64,000 nt of DNA from Nitrospirota bacterium (GTDB lineage Bacteria; Nitrospirota; Thermodesulfovibrionia; Thermodesulfovibrionales; Dissulfurispiraceae), in contig CAVPZX010000002.1 in NCBI GenBank assembly GCA_963710375.1, positions 896,001 through 960,000 of the forward strand, written 5' to 3'. Position 1 is the first letter of the stretch; each line of letters begins with the position of its first letter. Below the pieces are notes generated by a model, which was not told the origin of the DNA, made no database searches, and was given only the letters and a program-made list of their open reading frames with translations. Of this stretch, positions 17,353-25,892 are shown piece after piece. Both the position numbers and the translations under genes were made by a program.

Positions 17353-18108
17353 TTATTTAATTTTTTCAAACTCAGTCTGAATCTTATATTTTGTGCCGGC
17401 GCCAACCAGCCGCGTATATGCTATAGGGCTTTCTTCGGGTCCCATGATCAGCCTGTGCAAAAGGAGCCCGGGAGATCCTGAAGCGATCTTCAAGATGGCA
17501 GCAGCCTCATCTTTTATCTCGGCAACCTCAATAGTCTGCAATACCCGTGAAACTTTCACAATTGCCTTGTCCTGAAGAAGATCAAAAAGAGATATCTGTC
17601 CGATATCTTCTGCTTCAATGCCTGGCACCAAAGCCATCGGGATATAAGATTCCTCCAGAAATGCAGGCTCATCTTCATCCATGCATTTGCATCGGAAATA
17701 ATACAGAACGCCTTCTTCCTCAAAATAAGTCCTGATTTCATCTGGCGGACTTTGAACGCCTCTGTTAAGAAGTTCCCTTGTGAGACTCACCCCTTCGCCA
17801 AACATGTCGCCGGTGAATCTTGTTCGCATGCATAAACCGAGGGCCTGTGTAGAATGTTCTACGAAAGTGCCTTTGCCCTGAATCCTTCTAAGCAACCCTT
17901 CTCTAACCAGGTCCGAAATAGCAACCCTCACCGTTGCCTTGCTGATGTCGTATAGCCTGCAAAGATCGTCCTCGGTAGGTATCTGCATCCCTTCCGGCCA
18001 CTCTGTTCGTATGATCTTTTCTTTAAAGATGGTATATATTTGGACGTATAGCTTTTGCTGGCTTTCCCTGTCGATCGTTTTTTCTATTCTCAAGTGTTTA
18101 CCCTTCAA
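17353..18108 (-). CDS. GntR family regulator (HutC/UTRA subfamily)
   Basis: LY.QI...IPTE..L...Y.IS..TVR.A...L..EG...R.QGKGTFV plus UTRA domain; TTG start uncertain. Confidence 0.9.
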   Translation of the reverse strand: MKGKHLRIEKTIDRESQQKLYVQIYTIFKEKIIRTEWPEGMQIPTEDDLCRLYDISKATVRVAISDLVREGLLRRIQGKGTFVEHSTQALGLCMRTRFTGDMFGEGVSLTRELLNRGVQSPPDEIRTYFEEEGVLYYFRCKCMDEDEPAFLEESYIPMALVPGIEAEDIGQISLFDLLQDKAIVKVSRVLQTIEVAEIKDEAAAILKIASGSPGLLLHRLIMGPEESPIAYTRLVGAGTKYKIQTEFEKIK

Positions 18109-18166
18109 TCGTTTCTATATGCAACAGCACTATTTCATTTTGCATCTTGATTTCATAATATTATAA

Positions 18167-18182
18167 TGACATGACGATGTCA
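18167..18182. promoter_or_regulatory. Palindrome in the GntR/amtB divergent region, candidate operator
   Basis: TGACAT-GACG-ATGTCA. Confidence 0.4.
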
Positions 18183-18314
18183 AATTAAATTTCATATTTA
18201 TGACTATTAATTTTGTTTATCAACCCTTCCTGTAAATCCTACATTTTTGTAGCTTTTTTCCGGGATTTTATTTTATGATTACACTTTAAATTATCAAACC
18301 AAAGGAGCCAGATA

Positions 18315-19628
18315 ATGCGGATAAGAAAATTTATTTATTGTTTTTCAATAGGTTTATTGCTGTTACCAGTGAATGTATTCGCGCAGACTACGAGCAAAAT
18401 AGATACTGGAGATACTGCTTTTCTGCTTCTTTCCGCTGCATTGGTAATGTTGATGACACCAGGCCTTGCGCTGTTTTACGGCGGCATGGTGAGAAAGAAA
18501 AATGTTCTCGGCACAATAATGCAAAGCTTCATTGCAATCGCAGTCGTCAGTCTACAGTGGATACTTTATGGATATAGCCTAACTTTTGGCCCTGATGTGC
18601 ATGGAATAATCGGCAATCTCGACTGGATAGGGTTAAGCGGTGTTGGTTTTGAGCCCAATCCTGCGTATGCTCCTACAGTGCCTCATATCGCATTCATGAT
18701 ATATCAGGCCATGTTTGCAGTCATTACTCCAGCACTGATTACCGGTGCTTTTGCAGAGCGGATGAAATTTTCGGCTTTTTTAGCTTTTACGATCTTGTGG
18801 TCAACACTTGTTTATGACCCGGTAGCACACTGGATATGGGGAAGCGGGGGCTGGCTGAAAAATATGGGTGCGCTCGATTTTGCCGGGGGTATGGTAGTGC
18901 ATGCCACGTCGGGCATATCTGCCCTGGCTGCCGCAATAATTATAGGGAAAAGAAAGGGGCAGTTACATGACTTTACGCCTCATAACCTTCCATTCACCGT
19001 CCTTGGCGCGGGGATATTATGGTTCGGATGGTTTGGGTTTAATGCCGGCAGCGCTCTTTCCTCAGGCGCCTTGAGCGCCATGACCTTTGCGGTCACTCAT
19101 ATAGCAGCAGCAGGTGCAACGGTGATATGGATGGTTATAGAGTGGCTTCACAAAGGCAGGCCGACCATGTTCGGTGTTGCAACCGGAGCAATAGCAGGAC
19201 TTGCGACAATTACACCGGCATCAGGATTTGTGGCACCCATGTCCGCCTTAATTATCGGATTATGTGCCGGTTCTATTTGTTACCTGGCGTTGCATATGAA
19301 GACTCGCCTAGGTTACGATGACTCGCTCGATGCTTTCGGGGTCCATGGAGTCGGTGGTGTTTTAGGCACACTCGCAACCGGGCTTTTAGCCCAAAAACTT
19401 ATAAACCCGGCTGGAGCTGACGGCCTGTTTTTTAACACTACAGGAGGAGGCTCAGGGGTCCTTATGTCCCAGGTCATCGGCATAGGGGCGACAGTAGTTT
19501 ACTCTTTTGGCATTACTGTGCTGATCCTGAAAGTCCTGGACAAGATCATAGGATTAAGGCTCGATAATGAATCAGAAGTGCTTGGCCTTGATATCTCTCA
19601 ACACGGGGAGAGCGGATACACGCTGTAA
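18315..19628 (+). CDS. amtB: Ammonium transporter
   Basis: LMTPGLALFYGGMVR, DFAGG.VVH, WFGWFGFNAGS, DDSLD.FGVHG (twin His intact) and GLD...HGE..Y. Confidence 0.97.
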   Translation: MRIRKFIYCFSIGLLLLPVNVFAQTTSKIDTGDTAFLLLSAALVMLMTPGLALFYGGMVRKKNVLGTIMQSFIAIAVVSLQWILYGYSLTFGPDVHGIIGNLDWIGLSGVGFEPNPAYAPTVPHIAFMIYQAMFAVITPALITGAFAERMKFSAFLAFTILWSTLVYDPVAHWIWGSGGWLKNMGALDFAGGMVVHATSGISALAAAIIIGKRKGQLHDFTPHNLPFTVLGAGILWFGWFGFNAGSALSSGALSAMTFAVTHIAAAGATVIWMVIEWLHKGRPTMFGVATGAIAGLATITPASGFVAPMSALIIGLCAGSICYLALHMKTRLGYDDSLDAFGVHGVGGVLGTLATGLLAQKLINPAGADGLFFNTTGGGSGVLMSQVIGIGATVVYSFGITVLILKVLDKIIGLRLDNESEVLGLDISQHGESGYTL

Positions 19629-19649
19629 TTAACTGCGAGTCTCATAAAT

Positions 19650-19823
19650 TCATTTTGGGTGCTGGGAAAAAACACCGGTTAAGTCATCCTCCAGGTTCCG
19701 GTGATGGGGGGTTAACCGGTAGACAGCCACTAATGCCATAAAAATTATTATCAAGATAACTGCGATCAGGATCATTTTTTTGACGACTGACTTTTCAGAT
19801 TTATTTTTATTTCCGGGATTCAT
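19650..19823 (-). CDS. Small single-TM hypothetical protein, 57 aa (below the track cutoff)
   Basis: MNPGNKNKSEKSVVKKMILIAVILIIIFMALVAVYRLTPHHRNLEDDLTGVFSQHPK; upstream TTGACA-17-GATAAT (19902-19874); weak SD. Confidence 0.45.
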   Translation of the reverse strand: MNPGNKNKSEKSVVKKMILIAVILIIIFMALVAVYRLTPHHRNLEDDLTGVFSQHPK

Positions 19824-19951
19824 AATAAGAGCACTTTCTGAAATAGCCGCAATTGTACCGAACCTTTTAATTCATTATCCTGATTGTGAAGGCGGATGTC
19901 AATAGTGGTCAGTTGCGGCAAACTGGCTGAAATGCGAAGTCTTTGCACCAC

Positions 19952-20866
19952 TTATTGTCCCTCGAAATATCGCTGGGTTACTTTCTTGCGCCCTGCTACC
20001 CGCTGATAGACTTCGTCGGGATGCCCAAGGGCAACAACTGCATGGATGCCCTCTTCTGGTGGAATTCCGATTAGCTGCTGGATCGATCGGTCCCTCTTCA
20101 TTGCTGTAACGGCAAATCCGATGAGACAAGAGCCTAGTCCCATGGTGTGAGCCGCAAGTACAATATTCTGTGTTGCGAGCAGGGCGTCTTCAGCCGGACA
20201 GCTTGCTCCCGGTTTAGATCCTACAATAATGACTGCTGTGCTGCCGTGAAGCAGATGGTCTTTGCCTGATCCGTGCCATTCTTTAAGCGCCTCCTTCACC
20301 TTCTGGTAATAGTCGCGGTAATAGGCATCGAGTTCTCCTTTTCCTATCAGCTTCAGGAATAAACGAAGCATGGTATTCTCTGCAGTAGTGTTTAATCGCC
20401 CGAAGTAGGATGCGATGTGTTCTGCAAAGGATGTCACCGCCTTCCTGGTCGGCAGAATGGTAAAAGTCCAGGACTGACTGTTCGATCCGGACGGTGCAGT
20501 GATCCCGATCTTTACCAGGTCCTCAAGCATCGCCCGGTCAACGGGCTTGTTAGTGAAACACCGGCAGGACCGGCGAGAGGCCATAAGCTGTACCAAAACA
20601 GATGTGCTGAATTTTCCGGGAGGAAGCCACTGTTTGTCCATGGTGAAAGTTTTATACTTTGACATTTCTTCATCAATCGCTATGACACGGATTGCCTCCT
20701 GGGGACATACTGCCTCGCAATGCCCGCAAGAGATCGATTCCTCTCCTGAGACAGTCGCCTTTCCTTCTGCGAGTGAGATGGTCCCTGTCGGGCAAACAGA
20801 GACGCACAACCCGCAGCCGTCGCAAAGCTCTCCATCAATTTCTATTCTGTTTTCTTCCATTGGCAT
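19952..20866 (-). CDS. Nitroreductase family protein with N-terminal 4Fe-4S ferredoxin
   Basis: CDGCGLCVSVCP and SISCGHCEAVCP; RRSCR.F, APSGSNSQ and LAAH.MGLGSC. Confidence 0.92.
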   Translation of the reverse strand: MPMEENRIEIDGELCDGCGLCVSVCPTGTISLAEGKATVSGEESISCGHCEAVCPQEAIRVIAIDEEMSKYKTFTMDKQWLPPGKFSTSVLVQLMASRRSCRCFTNKPVDRAMLEDLVKIGITAPSGSNSQSWTFTILPTRKAVTSFAEHIASYFGRLNTTAENTMLRLFLKLIGKGELDAYYRDYYQKVKEALKEWHGSGKDHLLHGSTAVIIVGSKPGASCPAEDALLATQNIVLAAHTMGLGSCLIGFAVTAMKRDRSIQQLIGIPPEEGIHAVVALGHPDEVYQRVAGRKKVTQRYFEGQ

Positions 20867-20976
20867 CTCCTCAAGAAATATCTATATAATTGTCGTATTA
20901 TAGCACCGCCTTTAAACCATTCCTATGCCAAGATTTCTTGCCACGCTGTCTGAACTGCGGGGGCGCAAAATTATAC

Positions 20977-21005
20977 TTGACATGTACGTTAAGGTTAGTT
21001 ATAAT
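20977..21005 (+). promoter_or_regulatory. Consensus sigma70 promoter of the fad operon with overlapping LiuR-like operator
   Basis: TTGACA-17-TATAAT; TTGACATGTACGTTAA overlaps -35. Confidence 0.8.
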
Positions 21006-21031
21006 TTTACGTGAGGTCGATTTTTCTCTGA

Positions 21032-22841
21032 TAAGGAGATGCACATGCTGGATATTCCTTATTCATCAGTTCCCGATATGCTGAAAAAAAATGCCGACAA
21101 ATTTCAGAAGAGACCGGCACTGAAATATAGACATGATGGAAAATTCATCACGTTAACTTACGAGGCATTCTATGAACGCGCCCTGATGGGGGCCCGCGGC
21201 CTGAAACGATTCGGGGTCAAACCTGGGGAAACGGTCGCGATCCTTTCTGAAAATCGCGCGGAGTGGGTCATGGCAGACATGGGAATTTTGAGCACTGGCG
21301 CTGTTACCGTGCCTATCTATCCATCCAATACTCCCGAACAGGTCCAGTATGTGCTTAACCATTCTGAAGCCAGGATTATTTTTGTCTCGAGCAAGATCCA
21401 GTATTCAAAACTTCTCGCTATCAGGGAAAGCATTCCTAACCTCGAACTAGCGGTATCTTTCGATGAACTCCCGGGTGAACCGGAGCTGCCCCTCTATACT
21501 TTTAATCAGCTTTCCGAGGCAGATCGACCCCTCACAGAGTCTGAAAAAGAAGAGCTTGGGGCAGGCATAGACTCCATCAAACCCGATTATACTTTGACAC
21601 TAATATATACTTCCGGCACGACAGGCGTGCCGAAGGGAGTGATTCTTACACACTCCAACATCCTTTTTGACGCTCTTTATACCTGCAAGAAAACCGGGGT
21701 ACTGAGCAAAAATGATTCGAACATCAGTTTCCTGCCGTTGAGTCATGTGCTGGAGAGGACAGTGGGCTATTACATGCCGGTGATGAACGGCGCGCTCATG
21801 GCATTTGCGGACAGCATGGACAAGGTGCCGGAAAATATGCTGGAACTGAAACCGACGTGTGCTGTAAGTGTGCCAAGGCTGTTTGAGAAGATATACTCGA
21901 AGATTTATGAAAATGTGCGCCAGATGCCGCCGGTGAAAAAAAAGCTCTTCCACTGGGCTGTAGGGGTGGGGAGGGAGTACGTTGAAGCCAAGTACATCAC
22001 AAAACAGACATCTCGGTCCCTGTCATTCAAACACCATCTGGCAGACCGGCTAGTATTAAAAAAGGTGCGGGACAGGTTCGGCGGGAATATGAAACTCTTC
22101 TGCTGCGGCGGTGCGCCGCTCGACAAGATCATCAATGAATTCTTCTGGAGCATCGGTCTTCCCATCCTGGAAGGATACGGTCTCACAGAGACGAGCCCTG
22201 TCCTCTGCTTCAACAATTTCGAGCAGCTCAGGTTCGGATCGGTAGGAACTACCCTGGAGCATACCGAGGTTAAGGTGGAAGCTGACGGCGAACTGCTGTT
22301 TCGGGGACCCCAGGTGATGAAAGGCTATTACAAAAATGATGCTGCGACCACCGAGGCGTTGCGGGACGGCTGGTTCCACACCGGCGATATCGGCCGCGTC
22401 GAAGACGGTTTCATTTTTATCACCGACCGTAAAAAAGAGCTTATCATAACTGCCGGCGGCAAGAATATAGCGCCTCAGCCGATCGAGAACAAGCTAATTA
22501 TGGATAAGTACATAGCCAACGCATTAGTCTTCGGCGACCGGAAACCGTATCTATGCGCATTGCTTGTCCCTGAGCTGGAAAGGCTCTTCGAATATGCCAG
22601 GGAACAGAATATCCAATATGTCGGAGCAGAAGATCTGATCGTCAACGAACTGGTCCTGCAGCTATATGAAGAGAGGATCGCTGAGATCAACAGCAAACTC
22701 CCCAGATACGAGACTATCAAGAAATTCACGCTCCTGCCGCGCGATTTCTCTGTCGAGGGAGGTGAGTTGACCGCTACCATGAAGCTCCGGAGGAAAATCA
22801 TACGCCAGAAATACAGAGAAACGATCGAGAAAATGTATGCC
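21032..22841 (+). repeat. Direct repeat copy 1 (~1.8 kb) of fadD
   Basis: Near-identical to 24035-25844 (offset 3003), from the SD to ...ATGTATGCC. Confidence 0.95.
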
Positions 22842-22880
22842 GGGAATGTCACTAGTCATTTAACCACAAACAGCAAATAA
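21039..22880 (+). CDS. fadD: Long-chain fatty acyl-CoA synthetase, copy 1
   Basis: YTSGTTGVPKG, EGYGLTET, DGWFHTGDIG and DRKKELI.TAGGKNIAP. Confidence 0.93.
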   Translation: MHMLDIPYSSVPDMLKKNADKFQKRPALKYRHDGKFITLTYEAFYERALMGARGLKRFGVKPGETVAILSENRAEWVMADMGILSTGAVTVPIYPSNTPEQVQYVLNHSEARIIFVSSKIQYSKLLAIRESIPNLELAVSFDELPGEPELPLYTFNQLSEADRPLTESEKEELGAGIDSIKPDYTLTLIYTSGTTGVPKGVILTHSNILFDALYTCKKTGVLSKNDSNISFLPLSHVLERTVGYYMPVMNGALMAFADSMDKVPENMLELKPTCAVSVPRLFEKIYSKIYENVRQMPPVKKKLFHWAVGVGREYVEAKYITKQTSRSLSFKHHLADRLVLKKVRDRFGGNMKLFCCGGAPLDKIINEFFWSIGLPILEGYGLTETSPVLCFNNFEQLRFGSVGTTLEHTEVKVEADGELLFRGPQVMKGYYKNDAATTEALRDGWFHTGDIGRVEDGFIFITDRKKELIITAGGKNIAPQPIENKLIMDKYIANALVFGDRKPYLCALLVPELERLFEYAREQNIQYVGAEDLIVNELVLQLYEERIAEINSKLPRYETIKKFTLLPRDFSVEGGELTATMKLRRKIIRQKYRETIEKMYAGNVTSHLTTNSK

Positions 22881-22894
22881 AGGAGGATATTCTC

Positions 22895-24004
22895 ATGGGA
22901 CATTTGACTAATTCCAAGGACGAAGTTTACCGCTTATTGGCCCAACGACTGAATAAGAATCCGATAGGAGCGCCCATAAACGAGACCTTAATGACCATTC
23001 TTCATAACCTCTATACGGAGAGCGAGGCTATACTGGGCAGTAAATTTCCTTTGCTTCCCATGCCGCTGGAACAAATTTCCGATATTACCGGGATCGAACC
23101 GGAACCCTTGAAGATCATGTTAAACAACATGGCCGACAAGGGACTGGTATTGGATATTCCCCGCAAGGACATAATGTATTACATGATGACGCCGATGGTG
23201 GTCGGCTTTTTCGAATATACCTTTATGCGGGTGAGAGATAATATAAATATGAAGGATATGGCAGAGCTTTTTGAAAAATATTTTCACTCAGCCGGCGTCA
23301 GAGATGAATTATGCGGGATTGACACCAAGCCGATGCGGACCCTGGTATATGAAAGCCTTATACCTGTTGCTGTGGAAACCGAGGTTTTGACTTACGAGAA
23401 GGCGAGCGAGATTATCAGGCAATCAGGTGGAGGTGCTCTCGGCCTATGTGCATGCCGCCATAAGGCACACCATTTGGGAAAGTCCTGCGAAGCTCCTCTT
23501 GAAGTTTGTACTTCCCTCGGCACCGCGGCAGAATGGGCCTCACGAAGAGGTCTGGCGAAACCGGCCACAGTGGATGAATTGCTGCGCGTGCTGGATCAAA
23601 CTGAAAAATTAGGGTTGGTCCATACTTGCGATAATGTCTTGAATAAGCCTGCTTATATATGCCATTGTTGCGGCTGCTGTTGCGTCATTATGACGGGTAT
23701 CAAAGAATCCGGGAAATATTTCGTACATCCGAGCAACTTTATTCCCGAAGTAGCAGCTGAAACTTGCGAAGGATGCGGTACCTGCGCTGACAGTTGCCAT
23801 ATAGGGGGGATAAGCATGCAAGACCATGGAAATGGAGAGCAAGTCGCTGTTGTGGCTAAAGACGTCTGCATAGGATGCGGTGTGTGTGCATCATCATGTC
23901 CAACTGGTTCATTGACAATGTCACGCCGTCATGAACTTTACGTTCCACCGGCTAATTCAAAGGAAAAACTTTTAAGAATTGCCGGAGAAAAGGGAAGAAT
24001 CTAA
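22895..24004 (+). CDS. Cys-rich 4Fe-4S protein of unknown function
   Basis: CACRH...C...EVC, ICHCCGCCC and a C-terminal 2x[4Fe-4S] ferredoxin (CEGCGTC..SC, CIGCGVC..SCP). Confidence 0.85.
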   Translation: MGHLTNSKDEVYRLLAQRLNKNPIGAPINETLMTILHNLYTESEAILGSKFPLLPMPLEQISDITGIEPEPLKIMLNNMADKGLVLDIPRKDIMYYMMTPMVVGFFEYTFMRVRDNINMKDMAELFEKYFHSAGVRDELCGIDTKPMRTLVYESLIPVAVETEVLTYEKASEIIRQSGGGALGLCACRHKAHHLGKSCEAPLEVCTSLGTAAEWASRRGLAKPATVDELLRVLDQTEKLGLVHTCDNVLNKPAYICHCCGCCCVIMTGIKESGKYFVHPSNFIPEVAAETCEGCGTCADSCHIGGISMQDHGNGEQVAVVAKDVCIGCGVCASSCPTGSLTMSRRHELYVPPANSKEKLLRIAGEKGRI

Positions 24005-24034
24005 ATATTTAGTTGAATTAAGTTGAAATAAAGT

Positions 24035-25844
24035 TAAGGAGATGCACATGCTGGATATTCCTTATTCATCAGTTCCCGATATGCTGAAAAAAAATGCCGA
24101 CAAATTTCAGAAAAGGCCGGCACTGAAATACAGACATGAGGGAAAATTCATCACGTTAACTCACGAGGCATTCTATGAACGCGCCCTGATGGTGGCCCGC
24201 GGCTTGAAAAAATTCGGGGTCAAACCTGGGGAAACGGTCGCGATCCTTTCTGAAAATCGCGCGGAGTGGGTCATGGCAGACATGGGAATTTTGAGCACTG
24301 GCGCTGTTACCGTGCCTATCTATCCATCCAATACTCCCGAACAGGTCCAGTATGTGCTTAACCATTCTGAAGCCAGGATTATTTTTGTCTCGAGCAAGGT
24401 CCAGTATTCAAAACTTCTCGCTATCAGGGAAAGCATTCCTAACCTCGAACTAGCGGTATCTTTCGATGAACTCCCGGGTGAACCGGAGCTGCCCCTCTAT
24501 ACTTTTAATCAGCTTTCCGAGGCAGATCGACCCCTCACAGAGTCTGAAAAAGAAGAGCTTGGGGCAGGCATAGACTCCATCACACCCGATGATACTTTGA
24601 CGCTAATATATACTTCCGGCACGACAGGCGTGCCGAAGGGAGTGATTCTTACACACTTCAACATCCTTTTTGACGCTTTTTATACCAGCAAGAAAACCGC
24701 GGTATTGAGCGAAAATGATATCAGCCTCAGTTTCCTGCCGTTGAGTCATGTATTTGAGAGGACATTGGGTTATTACATGATTATAATGAACGGCTCGCTC
24801 ATGGCATTTGCGGACAGCATGGATAAGGTGGCGGAAAATATGCTCGAGCTGAAACCGACGAATGCGGCAAGTGTGCCGAGGCTGTTTGAAAAGATATACT
24901 CGAAGATTTATGAAAATGTGCGCCAGATGCCGCCGGTGAAAAAAAAGCTCTTCCACTGGGCTGTAGGGGTGGGGAGGGAGTACGTTGAAGCCAAGTACAT
25001 CACAAAACAGACATCTCGGTCCCTGTCATTCAAACACCATCTGGCAGACCGGCTAGTATTAAAAAAGGTGCGGGACAGGTTCGGCGGGAATATGAAACTC
25101 TTCTGCTGCGGCGGTGCGCCGCTCGACAAGATCATCAATGAATTCTTCTGGAGCATCGGTCTTCCCATCCTGGAAGGATACGGTCTCACAGAGACGAGCC
25201 CTGTCCTCTGCTTCAACAATTTCGAGCAGCTCAGGTTCGGATCGGTAGGAACTACCCTGGAGCATACCGAGGTTAAGGTGGAAGCTGACGGCGAACTGCT
25301 GTTTCGGGGACCCCAGGTGATGAAAGGCTATTACAAAAACGATGCTGCGACCACCGAGGCGTTGCGGGACGGCTGGTTCCACACCGGCGATATCGGCCGC
25401 GTCGAAGACGGTTTCATTTTTATCACCGACCGTAAAAAAGAGCTTATCATAACTGCCGGCGGCAAGAATATAGCGCCTCAGCCGATCGAGAACAAGCTAA
25501 TTATGGATAAGTACATAGCCAACGCATTAGTCTTCGGCGACCGGAAACCGTATCTATGCGCATTGCTTGTCCCTGAGCTGGAAAGGCTCTTCGGATATGC
25601 CAGGGAACAGAATATCCAATATGTCGGAGCAGAAGATCTGATCGTCAACGAACTGGTCCTGCAGCTATATGAAGAGAGGATCGCTGAGATCAACAGCAAA
25701 CTCCCCAGATACGAGACTATCAAGAAATTCACGCTCCTGCCGCGCGATTTCTCTGTCGAAGGGGGTGAGCTGACAGTTACCCTGAAGCTCCGGAGAAAAG
25801 TCATACGCCAGAAATACAGAGAAACGATCGAGAAAATGTATGCC
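24035..25844 (+). repeat. Direct repeat copy 2 (~1.8 kb) of fadD
   Basis: Near-identical to 21032-22841. Confidence 0.95.
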
Positions 25845-25847
25845 TGA
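24042..25847 (+). CDS. fadD: Long-chain fatty acyl-CoA synthetase, copy 2
   Basis: Same AMP-binding motifs as copy 1; 12 aa shorter at the C-terminus. Confidence 0.93.
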   Translation: MHMLDIPYSSVPDMLKKNADKFQKRPALKYRHEGKFITLTHEAFYERALMVARGLKKFGVKPGETVAILSENRAEWVMADMGILSTGAVTVPIYPSNTPEQVQYVLNHSEARIIFVSSKVQYSKLLAIRESIPNLELAVSFDELPGEPELPLYTFNQLSEADRPLTESEKEELGAGIDSITPDDTLTLIYTSGTTGVPKGVILTHFNILFDAFYTSKKTAVLSENDISLSFLPLSHVFERTLGYYMIIMNGSLMAFADSMDKVAENMLELKPTNAASVPRLFEKIYSKIYENVRQMPPVKKKLFHWAVGVGREYVEAKYITKQTSRSLSFKHHLADRLVLKKVRDRFGGNMKLFCCGGAPLDKIINEFFWSIGLPILEGYGLTETSPVLCFNNFEQLRFGSVGTTLEHTEVKVEADGELLFRGPQVMKGYYKNDAATTEALRDGWFHTGDIGRVEDGFIFITDRKKELIITAGGKNIAPQPIENKLIMDKYIANALVFGDRKPYLCALLVPELERLFGYAREQNIQYVGAEDLIVNELVLQLYEERIAEINSKLPRYETIKKFTLLPRDFSVEGGELTVTLKLRRKVIRQKYRETIEKMYA

Positions 25848-25892
25848 AATAGCAACTAATCATATAAACAACAAATAAATACGGAGGATACT

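Noticed and set aside
20908..20931. Possible sigma54 site upstream of the nitroreductase (TGGCATAGGAATGGT on minus)
   Set aside because: The -12 element is GT rather than GC; too weak.
21032..25844. Composite transposon or exact assembly duplication
   Set aside because: The repeats encode FadD, not a transposase, and differ at many clustered positions.
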